A program made the translations under genes and the position numbers. Of a stretch of 64,000 bases of DNA, positions 1 through 12,063 are shown piece by piece; positions within the stretch are counted from its first letter, which is position 1; every line of letters begins with the position of its first letter. This DNA is from Eledone cirrhosa. Lineage: Eukaryota. The stretch is taken from assembly GCA_964016885.1 (NCBI GenBank), contig OZ024753.1, positions 30,752,001 to 30,816,000 of the forward strand. Direction: 5' to 3'. Under the pieces are notes generated by a model that worked only from the letters and a program-made list of their open reading frames with translations, had not been told where the DNA came from and made no database searches.

Positions 1-227
1 ATATATATATATATAAATATATATAAATATATATATATATATATAATATGTGTATATATATATAAATATATGTGTGTGTATATATATATATATATATATA
101 ATATATGTGTGTATAAAGAAGCCGGTATATTCTTAATCCTTGTTCACTCCAACATCACTCCATACCATCATCGCTATTACCGCCACCCAGTACATATCAC
201 AACCATCAAAGACAGCCTCGTCATGGT

Positions 228-400
228 CATTCGACTAACTAAAAACAGCAGGCAGCGAAATTCCCTCAAACCGTACCCAACCATCTTGTAAAAGGAAGGG
301 CACTTTGTATAATGTATTAAAACAGATGGGATGGTCATGAATGGGAGGCCTTTGATCACAAGTCTACTCAGTCAGTGGTGACCCGGCGCTAAACAACAAC
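228..400 (+). mobile_element. SINE-like repeat fragment, same family as 10705-10870
   Basis: Shared blocks ACTAAAAA.AGCAG..AAAT..CCTC and GAT.GGATGGTCATGA.TGG; CAACAAC tail. Confidence 0.5.
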
Positions 401-559
401 CGTCATTATCACTAACACTATTTTTTTTCACCATCAGAACAATCAACACCACCTTTACATATCACCACCCCCACCATTACCATGAGGACGACCATCGCAC
501 CCACAACACACCAACATTATCCATTGCAGTCCACCCTTTCATTCACCTACCATCAATGT

Positions 560-984
560 ATGTATGGCGTGGGCAGGTGGTTGTTATAGTTGTCGCCTCG
601 TATGCAGTGAGGCAGGAGAAACGAGAGCAGGCGACGATGATAACGATGATGATGGTAGAGGCATCGGCGGCGATGAAGCTGAATAACTAACGAGTCGGCG
701 GTGTTGGCGGCGCATTGACGTTCTTTCTTGGCGTTGGTGGCGGCGAAAACGACGACGACGATGACGACGGCGCCAGTGCGGGCGCTGACGATGTTAGCTG
801 GGCACGGGCACTCCTTCCTACTGTACAGTAGCAACATTGTTGTTGGCTGGTGCCAACCGCATCGCCGGACTTTTTGACATGTCTGCGGCTTGGTTTAGAA
901 GCAGCGGAAAGCATTCGAGAAAGATATGTGGAAGTTACTTAAGCGCAAGTTAAAGCAGGTTCGAGGCACGACGCCGAAGTAAGT
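560..984 (+). promoter_or_regulatory. CpG-rich segment, candidate promoter/first exon ending at a GTAAGT splice donor (979-984)
   Basis: Most conspicuous CpG-dense, GC-rich non-TE stretch in a CpG-poor window; it ends at CCGAA|GTAAGT and AT-rich sequence follows. Confidence 0.5.
926..978 (+). CDS. Possible first coding exon MWKLLKRKLKQVRGTTP (phase 2), product unknown
   Basis: ATG at 926 stays open to the donor at 979. No homology recognised; it could be UTR, and the minus-strand ORF 687-914 is an alternative. Confidence 0.25.
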
Positions 985-1258
985 ACCCAACTTAAATTAA
1001 TGGCTGATCACCTTTAACACACGTGTAGAGCTGTTTCATTGTTTATGTCTATATCTACGAGGGTTTCCTCTGTCAACCTTACTGCTAACACTTATACCGT
1101 CTAATCAGATACTCATATACTATAACGTCTATTATATAATTTAATATAACATTATATGATATAGAATATGTTGTTAGTAGTGTTAACAATGTCGACCAAT
1201 CTATTCATGAGATATTTGATCGTATCTCGTATGAGACATCGATCTCCCATATTTCAGT

Positions 1259-1261
<3 letters not shown>

Positions 1262-1355
<94 letters not shown>

Positions 1356-1381
1356 TATATATAATATATATATATATATAT
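1262..1381. repeat. (TA)n microsatellite
   Basis: Direct reading. Confidence 0.95.
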
Positions 1382-1520
1382 TATCGGCAGGGTATATTTT
1401 GTTTAAAGTTTACAATATATCTTTGAAAAGAATATGTAGGAGTCGAAAAAAAATAAGTCCCTTCGTCAATAACGTCTTTAACATATTTCGGCGGATTTTA
1501 ACAATAAGCGATAATGTTAT

Positions 1521-1555
<35 letters not shown>

Positions 1556-2079
1556 AAACGTTTCTCTATATCATTTATGAAATCGTATTAGTATTGTTAC
1601 ATTATACATCTGTAAGATGTAAGGATTTTTTTAATATATATATAAGATTATATTCTTTTAATTTCAAGTAAGTTTCGCGTTCGAATGTCACAGCTGTAAG
1701 CCAAAATCTTATTGTATGTGTTTATGTGGGTGTGAGTTTATTATATTTGATGATTAGGTAGCATTATCGGCAAAACGAACCTCTGAGTCAGTGAAGGGGT
1801 CTCTTTACTAAAAGCTACCTACCTACTTACATGCACGCCCGATCACAATCTGTCTACCTAGCCAAGTCCTAATTATCGTTGTTCCATGAGATAATTTCTG
1901 GATGATCTGGTTCAAATCTCTGGCCACAAATACAGTCCATTACATCCTATTTAACAGTAAGGTTACGCTCAGTGATTTCTAAAGGCATCGCTTTCTCCCC
2001 CGCATTTTGTTTCCCCCCTCCTTCCTCATCCTTTTCCTCTTCGCTCTCTCTCTGTCCATTCCTATCTCTCTAATATTAT

Positions 2080-2540
2080 GGATATACACACATTTATTCA
2101 TACACATACGCGTATAAGTATATATATGATATATACACGCATAGATGTGTGTATATATATATATGATATATATACACGCATATATGTGTATATATATGAT
2201 TATATACACGCATATATGTGTATATATATATATGATATATATACACGCATATATGTACATATATATATATGATATATATACACGCATATATGTACATATA
2301 TATATATATATATGATATATACACATAAATGTATACATACACACATATATATGTATATACATCATATATGATATATATACACGCATATATGTATGTATAT
2401 ACATCATATATGATATATATACACGCATATATGTACACATATATATATATATATGATATATACACATAAATGTATACATACACACTTATATATGTATATA
2501 CATCATATATGATGTATATACCCTCACACATATAAACATA
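2080..2540. repeat. Compound TA/CA microsatellite with higher-order units
   Basis: Recurring ATATATACACGCATATATGT-like units. Confidence 0.9.
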
Positions 2541-2958
2541 TTTATGATAGAAATGATTTTTCTGTCTGATCGTATGGATTTCGCTGCCGCACCCATCATT
2601 CTCAGTTCAATATCGAACTTTCTATCAATGTATGTTAATAAACTCATCTGACATGTTGTAAAAAAATCCAAACATGCTTTGGCTTTTAAAGTGCAGCAGG
2701 GGAAACGAACATTCGTTCAATTCTCTCGGTAAGAGAATGAAGAGTAACATCTTCACCGACCACATCTGTATATGCTAATGAGAAGCACCTGGTCTCTAAT
2801 TTAGTACAACACAATGACTGTAAAGACAAACACCAATGACAAGAAGTGTGGTCACAATAATCACTCTTAAGTCTTCTTATTACAGTTATGCGTGCGCGTG
2901 TGTATATATATATATATATATCTCCATCCATCCATCCACACACACATCTCTCTCTCCC

Positions 2959-2998
<40 letters not shown>

Positions 2999-3507
2999 TA
3001 ATCACCGGCAAGCATTGCCAGACGAAATATGTCAACTCATTCTTCGATTTAATTATTATTTTTAAAGACCGCGTAATTGTATAGCAACTACTACTAGATA
3101 AAGGTTCTCTGTTATCAACTATAACCCTTTGTCAAGTAAACTACATAGATATAGTGTTTGTGTGATTTAGCTTTTAACGGTTTCGTTTTATTGTAAACCG
3201 CACTCAGCAGCAACAAAATAGTAGCAAAGTAGCAACATCAACAACAGAAACTTTGACTCAACATTAACAACAAATAATTTACTGTACTTGTAGTGTTTTG
3301 TAGTTTTTTTAAAATCTTTTTTTTATGATAGAGTATTTGATGTCTGCCAAGTAGTATTTTTCTCAATATCACGTACAGCAGCGGTCAACTGAGTAAATAG
3401 ATAAATAGATGTACCCTACTCTTCACATATATATATATTTATCCACACATATATATATATATATATATATATAGATATATATTCATTTATCATGGCTAAG
3501 TTGGAGA

Positions 3508-3559
3508 GCCTTGTTACTCGGTAGTTTCACCTGCGCACTCACAGATTATTAGACAAGAC
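3508..3559 (-). ncRNA. Degenerate hammerhead ribozyme motif (paralog of 9054-9106)
   Basis: Minus strand reads GTCTTGT-CTAATAA-stem II-GAAA-CTACCGAG-TA-ACAAGGC. Stem I is intact; the core has two changes. Confidence 0.5.
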
Positions 3560-3606
3560 AAGAATTCGGTATTGAGTACTTATTCTTAAGTCCGTCAATG
3601 ATACAC

Positions 3607-3648
<42 letters not shown>

Positions 3649-4789
3649 GAAAAATGTTATATATATATAACATTTTCTTTCATATGCATAAAGTCTTTAT
3701 AAAAATATGAATTGTAAAACATATATAGAAGTATTATTATATATTTTTTATTAATAAATAGTTAGTATCATTAATATTGTATTCTGCCGAGGTGAACTTA
3801 ACATTTCATTCTTCCGGAATCGATAAAATAAAGTACCAGTCAAATACCAGGATTGATTTAATCGACTTTCCATCGTTTACTAAATTGCTGGCCATGTGCC
3901 TAAATTAGAGACCGTTGTTAATATTTTATGAATGGAGCATTGAAATATCTCTAACAGAAAAAAAAGTGTGGAAAATATATTAGTCATTCACTAGATATTG
4001 TTTTGATACTTCAGCAAGTAAAAGGTGACTGATATATAAGGATTATATAGATGAATGACTTAGTAAAATCATTGACAATATGTTAGATCAGAAGTGGTGA
4101 ACGATTACAATTTGAAGAGCCATTTTTAGTATATATATACATATATATATATTTAATAATAATAATAATGAAGACTATCGGAGTCGCTTAATTTATTATA
4201 AACAAAAATACATGCTAGTAAATACGAATTTAAGCTAACTTTTTTTCTTACTCAATATTTTTGGCTTTGAATCATCTGAAATTGCCTCAGTATTCTGGTG
4301 TTTTAATTTAATACAACATTGCGGAGTTGACACAATAAAAACATTCAAAGCACCTAAGAACCACTCGAGATAGGCTAAAGAGCTACATGTGGCTTTGGAA
4401 CTGCAGGTTTTCAAACTGTGTTAAATGAAAATTGCTCGTTTTAGATATAAGCCAACTGAATTACAGCTTAGGGCATGAGGTTCTCAAATAATTAAAAGGC
4501 ACATATGTTTTTAGATGTGTGTGTATCCAGTTTAAAATAAGTACGCTGTATCACTCGGTGTTGCAAGAGGCAACTAAAAGAGTTTACACCAAAGACATCT
4601 GGCAGTGAGACATTGCCTCAAAAAAGCCCCCAGATGAGTATGAATCGTGTCACAGGGCCCACAAGGCAAAAGACTACTTTAGCTGGGAAAATAACACTAA
4701 AATACTTGTATATATTTTCAATTTTGTGAGCCCCTCATGGGTAATTTTTTAAACAAATGATCTTCAAGGTATTATAGAAAGAAATGAAG

Positions 4790-5110
4790 CATGTTAGTGT
4801 GCATGAATGGTATAGCATAAGGAAGCTGAGAGAAAAACTTGGCATAAGAGGAATTGGATGTAGTGTGCAAGAGAGAATACAGCATTTGTATGGATATGTG
4901 ATGGACAGCAGAATAAAGAAGTGTAGAGAAATCTCAGTGGATGAGTAAGACATGGGATGAGGTAGTGATGACAAAGGGGTACGAGGACTGGCGACATGTT
5001 GTGCTGGTGAAGACCCATTTACCAGCCCCAAAAAGTGTTGAAAAAACTCTTAAGCTATGCCAAAAAACATGACAATTTCTGCAGTGTTGGTGCCATGATA
5101 AAATACACTT
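4790..5110 (+). mobile_element. Degraded RTE-clade LINE 3' fragment
   Basis: Translates as ..LREKLGIRGIGCSVQER..YGYV..IKKCREI..KTWDEVV, similar to the fragment at 10062-10350. Confidence 0.75.
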
Positions 5111-5357
5111 CATAGAGCCTAGCTTGAGGTCAGACCCTTCACTTGAGTACTTACCAGTCTGCGATGACATTTCCAACTCTTGCTAGCAGGCAAAAATGGA
5201 CATTAAACGATGTGAGTAATTATAGTGGAGGTGTCCACTATTATTTTTGGTAAGGTGTGAAAAGCTCAATGTGCACTTGAGGTTGACAGTAAGTAGGAAT
5301 TCAAGTCCAATCGAAAGTGTATTCTGATATATATATATAAAGTATATGTATAAATAT

Positions 5358-5688
5358 GGAGGCACATGGCTTAGTGGTTAGAGCATTGGCCTTGCAATCG
5401 AAAGGTTGTGAGTTCAATTCTCAGACCGGGTGATGTGTTGTTTCCTTGAGCAAGACACTTTATTTCACATTGCTCCAGTTTACTCAGCTGTAGAAATGAG
5501 ATGATAGGGACTGGGGTCCATGTCATTCCACTGCAAAGTGGTCGTGTAGGTGCCACAGCAAAAAAGCACCCAGCACTCACTGTAAATGAGGTTGGGCATC
5601 CAGTTGTAGAAATCAAGCCAGAATCAGTTCCCGTCCCACCCTTGCAAGCAGGGAAAAAGCGGACGTAAAATGAAATGAAATGATGATG
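5358..5688 (+). mobile_element. tRNA-derived SINE, family B, with RTE-type tail
   Basis: A box TGGCTTAGTGG, B box GAGTTCAATTC, central TCCTTGAGCAAGACACTT, tail CCTTGCAAGCAGGGAAAAAGCGGACGTAAAATGA. Similar copies at 32186, 37928 and 40628. Confidence 0.9.
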
Positions 5689-6677
5689 AAATATATATAT
5701 ATCATCATAATCAGTTTTCCCTCCTAGCAAGGGTTGGATGGGTCATCATCATAGACCAAGTGAGTACTGGGTGCATTTTATTGTGGCACCAGCACTAGGG
5801 AGGTTGTCTATCCAACCCTTGCTAGCAGGAAAAAAAACGCTATGTGTGTGATATATATTTATATCATCACCGTTTTACGTCCGGTCTTCCATGCTAGCAT
5901 GGGTTAATTATATATATGAGAGCCCCATGATAAAATGCAGCCAGTACACATTGTAAATTACTGGCATTAGAAAAAGCATCCTGCTGTAGAATCCATGCTA
6001 AAATAGGGAGTGATTAAGCAAAGTATGATATCCAAACCATCTTGTCTTGTACTGTGACAACCCATGTCAGTATGGAAAGTGAATGTAGAATGATAATAAT
6101 TGTTTCTACTTTTGGCACAATGCTAACCACATTTTTTTAAAGTCTGGTATTTTATTTTAATCCATCTCATTTTTTGGTCAAACTGCTATAACTAAACTCC
6201 ATTCACTAAGCATTGGTCAACTTAAGGCTGTAATAGAAGGACTTGTCCAAGGAGCTGTGCATTGAGACAGAACCCAGAACCACATTGTTGTGAAGAAAAC
6301 TCTTTAACCACACAGCCATGTCTGCACCTGTATATTATGTATATATATATATATACACACACACATATGTATACATATATACACATGTAAGTTTATGTGC
6401 GTAAAGTGCCCAGTCCACCTTGTAAGGTGGTTGTTTTGGTGCTACGATAAAAAGCACCCAGCCTACTGTAAAGTGAGTGACATCTAGCTGTAGAAACCAA
6501 GCCAAAATACTGATCTGTATGAACAAGATGTGGTCTCCAGACCTGACATGTCTCATGACGTGACAACCTGTCTAACCCATGTAAGTGTAGAAAAATAGAC
6601 ACTAGACGATGATGAATATATATATATATTTATATATATATATGTATATATATATACACTCACACACACGCACTCAC

Positions 6678-6708
<31 letters not shown>

Positions 6709-7056
6709 CTGAACTAACGTGGTAAATAGTTAATTAGTTGACCTTTTGTTATAGTTATAAATATTCATGAAAGTGTGATCAACACCATTAACTTCAGAGA
6801 ATGGGGGATTGGAAGTTGTGTTGGCTGAGTGGTTAAGAGGTTTGCCTTTCAATCACAAGGTATTGGGTTTGATCACCCTGTGTAGCATCATGGCCAAGTT
6901 CCAAAATAAGCCATATAGGTGATAGAAAGAAATTTGCCTTATGTATCATATTTTACCTGTAATTCAGAAAGTTCAACCCTTGTCACCTATTTTGTCATAT
7001 AGATTTGGTTACTGAAAGTTCATTGTCAAAACCATCTGAGTATCAATGTCTTCTCT

Positions 7057-7098
7057 CATATATATATTCATATATATATATATATACACATATATATA

Positions 7099-7148
<50 letters not shown>

Positions 7149-7164
7149 TATATTCATATATATA

Positions 7165-7204
<40 letters not shown>

Positions 7205-7208
7205 TATA

Positions 7209-7248
<40 letters not shown>

Positions 7249-7288
7249 TATATTCATATATATATATATATATATACACATATATATA

Positions 7289-7336
<48 letters not shown>

Positions 7337-7340
7337 TATA

Positions 7341-7386
<46 letters not shown>

Positions 7387-7390
7387 TATA

Positions 7391-7432
<42 letters not shown>

Positions 7433-7541
7433 TATATATATATATATATATTCATATATATATATATATATATTCATATATATATATATATATATATTCA
7501 TATATATATATATATATATATTCATATATATATATATATTC

Positions 7542-7572
<31 letters not shown>

Positions 7573-7990
7573 TATATATATTCATATATATATATATTCA
7601 TATATATATATATTCATATATATATATATATATACACATATATATATTCATATATATATATATATATACACATATATATATTCATATATATATATATATA
7701 TACACATATATATATACATATATATATATTCATATATATATATTCATATATATATATATATATACACATATATATATATACATATATATATATTCATATA
7801 TATATATATATATACACATATATATATACATATATATATATTCATATATATATATATATACACATATATATATATTTATATATATATATATACACATATA
7901 TATATACATATATATATATTCATATATATATATATACACATATATATATACATATATATATATTCATATATATATATATATATATATATA
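7057..7990. repeat. ~930-bp (TA)n microsatellite with TTCA/CACA interruptions
   Basis: Direct reading; source of the 336-aa and 315-aa YI-rich ORFs. Confidence 0.97.
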
Positions 7991-8234
7991 TAAACAAATA
8001 ACGAAACGAAATTAAATTTCGTTTCGTTTGTAACTCACTTTTGTATGACTGACGCTTAAACAATTAAGTTAAAAATGTACATCCACATATGTAGATGTAC
8101 CGAGTTTTTCACTGGTCACTTTACTGTGAGTGTCCAGCTATTCTGTATGTAAACACACAGACAAACCGGTTTTTAGAGTCATACTGGTTTTTGAGGAAAC
8201 ACCTTTCCTCTATTCTCCAGAAAGCCAGACAAGG

Positions 8235-8279
8235 AATATTGGACTAGTTTCGATGTTGTTACATCTCATCAGCAATATT
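8235..8279 (-). ncRNA. Minimal type-I hammerhead ribozyme (copy 1)
   Basis: Exact reverse complement of 8766-8810. Confidence 0.88.
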
Positions 8280-8765
8280 TACCTATCTTCCGGCCTTTCT
8301 AGAGAATCGTAAAAGCACATATCGTTATATGCTTTTTCTATGAAAATTAGTAGTGGGCAGACTAATTTGCATAGAGCGTGAGTACGTACCGGTTCAGCGG
8401 AGATGATAAAAACAAATAACGAAACGAAATTTAATTTCGTTTCGTTTGTAACTCACTTTTGTATGACTGACGCTTAAACAATTAAGTTAAAAATGTACAT
8501 CCACATATGTATACTGAAATACTAGTATGCATATGAATATGTGGATGTACATTTTTAACTTAATTGTTTAAGCGTCAGTCATACAAAAGTGAGTTACAAA
8601 CGAAACGAAATTTAATTTTGTTTCGTTATTTGTTTTTATCGTCTCCGCTGAACCGGTACGTACTCACGCTCTATGCAAATTAGTCTGCCCACTACTAATT
8701 TTCATAGAAAAAGCATATAACGATATGTGCTTTTACGATTCTCTAGAAAGGCCGGAAGATAGGTA

Positions 8766-8810
8766 AATATTGCTGATGAGATGTAACAACATCGAAACTA
8801 GTCCAATATT
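8766..8810 (+). ncRNA. Minimal type-I hammerhead ribozyme (copy 2), predicted cut after GUC at 8803
   Basis: AATATTG-CTGATGA-GATGT(AACA)ACATC-GAAA-CTAG-TC-CAATATT: 7-bp stem I, full core, 5-bp stem II, palindromic ACTAGT stem III. Confidence 0.9.
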
Positions 8811-9053
8811 CCTTGTCTGGCTTTCTGGAGAATAGAGGAAAGGTGTTTCCTCAAAAACCAGTATGACTCTAAAAACCGGTTTGTCTGTGTGTTTACATAC
8901 AGAATAGCTGGACACTCACAGTAAAGTGACCAGTGAAAAACTCGGTACATCTACATATGTACACGTGTGTGTATTCATATGCATACTAGTATTTCAGTAT
9001 ACATATGTGGATGTACATTTTTAACTTAATTATATATATATATATGTTGGAGA

Positions 9054-9106
9054 GCCTTGTTACTCAGTAGTTTCACCTGCGCACTCACAGGATCATTAGA
9101 CAAGAC
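9054..9106 (-). ncRNA. Hammerhead ribozyme motif with a G5-to-A core change
   Basis: GTCTTGT-CTAATGA-T-CCTGTG(AGTG)CGCAGG-T-GAAA-CTACTGAG-TA-ACAAGGC; stems I and II pair. Confidence 0.65.
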
Positions 9107-9992
9107 AAGAATTCGGTATTGAGTACTTATTCTTATGTCCGTCAATGATACATGTATATATATATATATAATATTTTTCTTTCATATGCATAAAGTCTTT
9201 ATAAAAATATGAATTGTAAGACATATATATAGAACTATTATTATATAATTTTATTAATAAATAGTTAGTATTATTAATATTGTATTCTGCCGAGGTGAAC
9301 TTAACCTTTCACTCGTCCGGAATCAATAAAATAAAGTACCAGTCAAATGCAAACAACAAAAAAAAAAAAAAAATATTTCTAGTCTTGTAGAAGTCATATC
9401 TGTATGAAATAAATTTATACTTTCTTTATTAATATACTACCTCATTTAACTGTTTCCCCCCCCCCCCCCCCTCGTTCCTCTTTAGAAAACTATATATAGT
9501 AAGAGTGCTCTTACCCTTGGATATTTATACCAAATTTGTATGACAGTGTACATATATATTTACTTGAGATAATGTGTGATATAAAGGACCCTTTAGTCAG
9601 TTTTAGGACATAACAATCCCTCTAGTGCTGTTGCCACAATAAAATGCACCCAGACACTCTGTAAAGTGGTTGATGTTAGGAAGGGCACCTCATCTTAGAA
9701 ACCATGCCGAACATTGGAATGTATGTGGTGCCTCTGATCCATCTAGAAGGGCAGTAACTCAAAATAAAAACACGGTTAGATTGTAATTACCTCTCCAATC
9801 TATGACAGCATAGAAAGTTGATGTTAAGGGATGATTATTTATACATACACAACACACCACAAGCTTTCTAGACCATTTTCCCTGCTGAATAGACTTCATA
9901 CTCATCATGGGTTAATTGTTGAGGCAATGTTTTACAGTCAGATGCCTTTGCTGGTGCCAACTCTTTTAGTTATCTCTTACAATATAACTATT

Positions 9993-10520
9993 TTAACCCT
10001 TTAGTATTTACATTACTCGATATATACTATTGTATTTTTGTTGTAAAGGGTTTATCTTACATATCATTTTACGTTCGCTTTTCCCTGCTTGCAAGGGTTT
10101 GACGGGTCCTATTCAGCATAGTATCTCTCTATTCGTCATGGTCCTTTGTCATCTCCTCCGTGAGAGTCAGCGATCTGAGGTCAGCTCTCACCACCTCCAC
10201 CCATGTTTTTTGTGGTCTTCCTCTACTGCGTCTTCCTTCTACTAGGATTTCTTGGCACTTCTTTACCCAGCGGTCATCCTCCATGCGTATCACATGTCCA
10301 TACCAACGCAGTCTTCTCTCCTGCACACTACAGCCTATCCCTCTTATACACAGTATAATAATTACATAATAATTTCATATATTGAATCTATGAGATTTTG
10401 ATATTATTTATTTTGAGAAAAAATACCTTAACATCAGTATGAGCAGCTGGTTATGGCTGGTTTGAACAGAAAGAGGTGAGAGAATTCTGACCAGATGTGG
10501 CTGGTTTAAAGGCTAAAGGG
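9993..10520 (+). mobile_element. piggyBac-like MITE interrupted by an RTE fragment
   Basis: Begins TTAACCCTTTAG, ends ..CTAAAGGG; internal sequence matches 13441-13658. Confidence 0.75.
10062..10350 (-). mobile_element. RTE LINE 3' end
   Basis: QERRLRWYGHVIRMEDDRWVKKC..RGRPQKTWVEVVRADL is a typical RTE ORF C-terminus; its tail matches the SINE B tail. Confidence 0.9.
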
Positions 10521-11202
10521 CTAGGCTGGATACACACATTTTTCTAACAGAATTTTAATGTTTATTTCTAATGCAGCGTACAGAGTATCATCATTGATAC
10601 TGGGTGGTAGCATTGAGGTTAAAAATGTGGACAGTCTTTCTTACCATAAATATTATGATTTCAAAGTCCAGCATAGAGAAACACACCCACAAACCAACAA
10701 ATCAGCCTCTATGCTTTTGCTCAACCTACTAAAAATAGCAGCCAAATCTCCCTCGCATCTCAACCTACCATCTTCAGAAAGGGAGAGACACATACGAGTC
10801 TGAGTAAAAGAAGATAGGATGGTCATGACTGGAAATCCTATAGTCATAGGTTTGCTCAATGAAGGTTGACACACACACACACACATTTTCTTTACTGTTT
10901 AGTTAGGGAGGGAAAGGCAGCCGTATATCCCTTCTCAAGGCCATCAGAGACTGGTGGGAAACAGGAAATTATTCTCAAGCTGGAGATAATTTGAGGTGTA
11001 ATGGCTTCCTGAGTTTATTCATATATTTTATATAGAAACATTGTAATAATCATTAAATGTCAATTTTATCATTAAATACAAAATAAGTATTACCATTAAT
11101 TTCCTTGTAAAATAAAGAATGATTATTATGAACTTATCTTAAAATTTAGAAGCTCAACTGTTTAATTTTCTATGGAAAACAAATAAACTTCCTCACGTAC
11201 AC

Positions 11203-11238
<36 letters not shown>

Positions 11239-11248
11239 GTATATATAT

Positions 11249-11436
11249 AATTGTTTCTACTTTAGGCACAAGGCCAGCAATTACCCAGCACATTACTGGT
11301 ACTTTATTTTATCGACCCCGTAAGGATGAAAGGCAAAGTTAATCTCAACGGGATTTGAACTCAGACTGTAAAGAGACGTAACTATGCTAGAAAGCATGGC
11401 GTCCAACCCTCTACCGATACTGCCAATTCACTGCCC
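11249..11436 (-). mobile_element. tRNA-derived SINE, family A
   Basis: Reverse complement of the copy at 16341-16530. Confidence 0.9.
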
Positions 11437-11466
11437 TTATGTATATATATAATTATGTGTATATAT

Positions 11467-11618
11467 GAGTCTTGCGTTCAATCGGAGGTAACCACAGTAA
11501 ATAAGGTACTCAATACATCTAAACATCAAGTTTAATATAGAAATTGTTTCTACAGGACTAGAACTGTTTCATCACTCATGATTTCTTTCGAATTGAATTT
11601 CTAGCCCTGTAGAAGCTA
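11467..11618. mobile_element. PLE-like fold-back remnant with degenerate HHR (family of 46293-46475)
   Basis: GAGGTAACCACAGTAAATAAGGTACTCAATAC motif followed by TTCTACAGGACTAGAACTGTTTCAT, both shared with 46293-46475; TA-flanked. Confidence 0.65.
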
Positions 11619-11820
11619 TATATATATATAGAGAGAGAGATAGATAGATATAGATATTCAGTGGCTTTAACAAAATGGAGAAAAAGTACTCTTTGCCACA
11701 GTAGAATATAGTAGCTTATTTTAATTAGGCTGATCCAGTAGTTTGTTACTCAGGAGTTTTCCTGACATGAAAAGTCCTGGCCATGTTGTAAGGATATGAA
11801 CAAATCTACTCATACATTGC

Positions 11821-12063
11821 ATATAAAGAGTGGTGTGCTCATGCACAGAGATGCTATAAAATAACTTATAAAATAGGGTGAAGGCCCTTAGAGATGGAAA
11901 AAGAAGTTGCCATTGACTACTACAAGGAATTGAACCTCATATATCTTAGCTTCAATTCCTCGTAGTAGTTGATGGCAACTTCATTTTCTCTCTTTACGGG
12001 TCTTCATTCTATTTTCTAAGCTATTTTATAGCATCTCCGTGCATGAACGCATCACTTTTTATA
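11821..12063. repeat. Imperfect inverted repeat, arms ~115 bp
   Basis: ATGCACAGAGATGCTATAAAATA pairs with TATTTTATAGCATCTCCGTGCAT; GAAGTTGCCAT..CTACTAC.AGGAATTGAA is also mirrored. Confidence 0.85.

Larger units (their letters stand above)
7991..9031. mobile_element. Non-coding palindromic PLE-type/retrozyme-like element (466-nt monomer, HHR on both strands)
   Basis: Inverted arms 8085-8508 and 8537-8960 with few mismatches; terminal direct redundancy with periods 466 (right) and 418 (left); flanked by (TA)n on both sides. Confidence 0.8.

Noticed and set aside
1050-1115. Minus-strand CTGATTA...GAAA...GTA hammerhead-like pattern
   Set aside because: The core is mutated and stems I and II do not close convincingly.
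5358-5432. tRNA genes at SINE heads
   Set aside because: A and B boxes run into SINE bodies and there is no complete cloverleaf.
8130-8915. Identical 60-aa ORF on both strands
   Set aside because: A by-product of the palindrome; it has a GTG start and runs antisense through the ribozyme.
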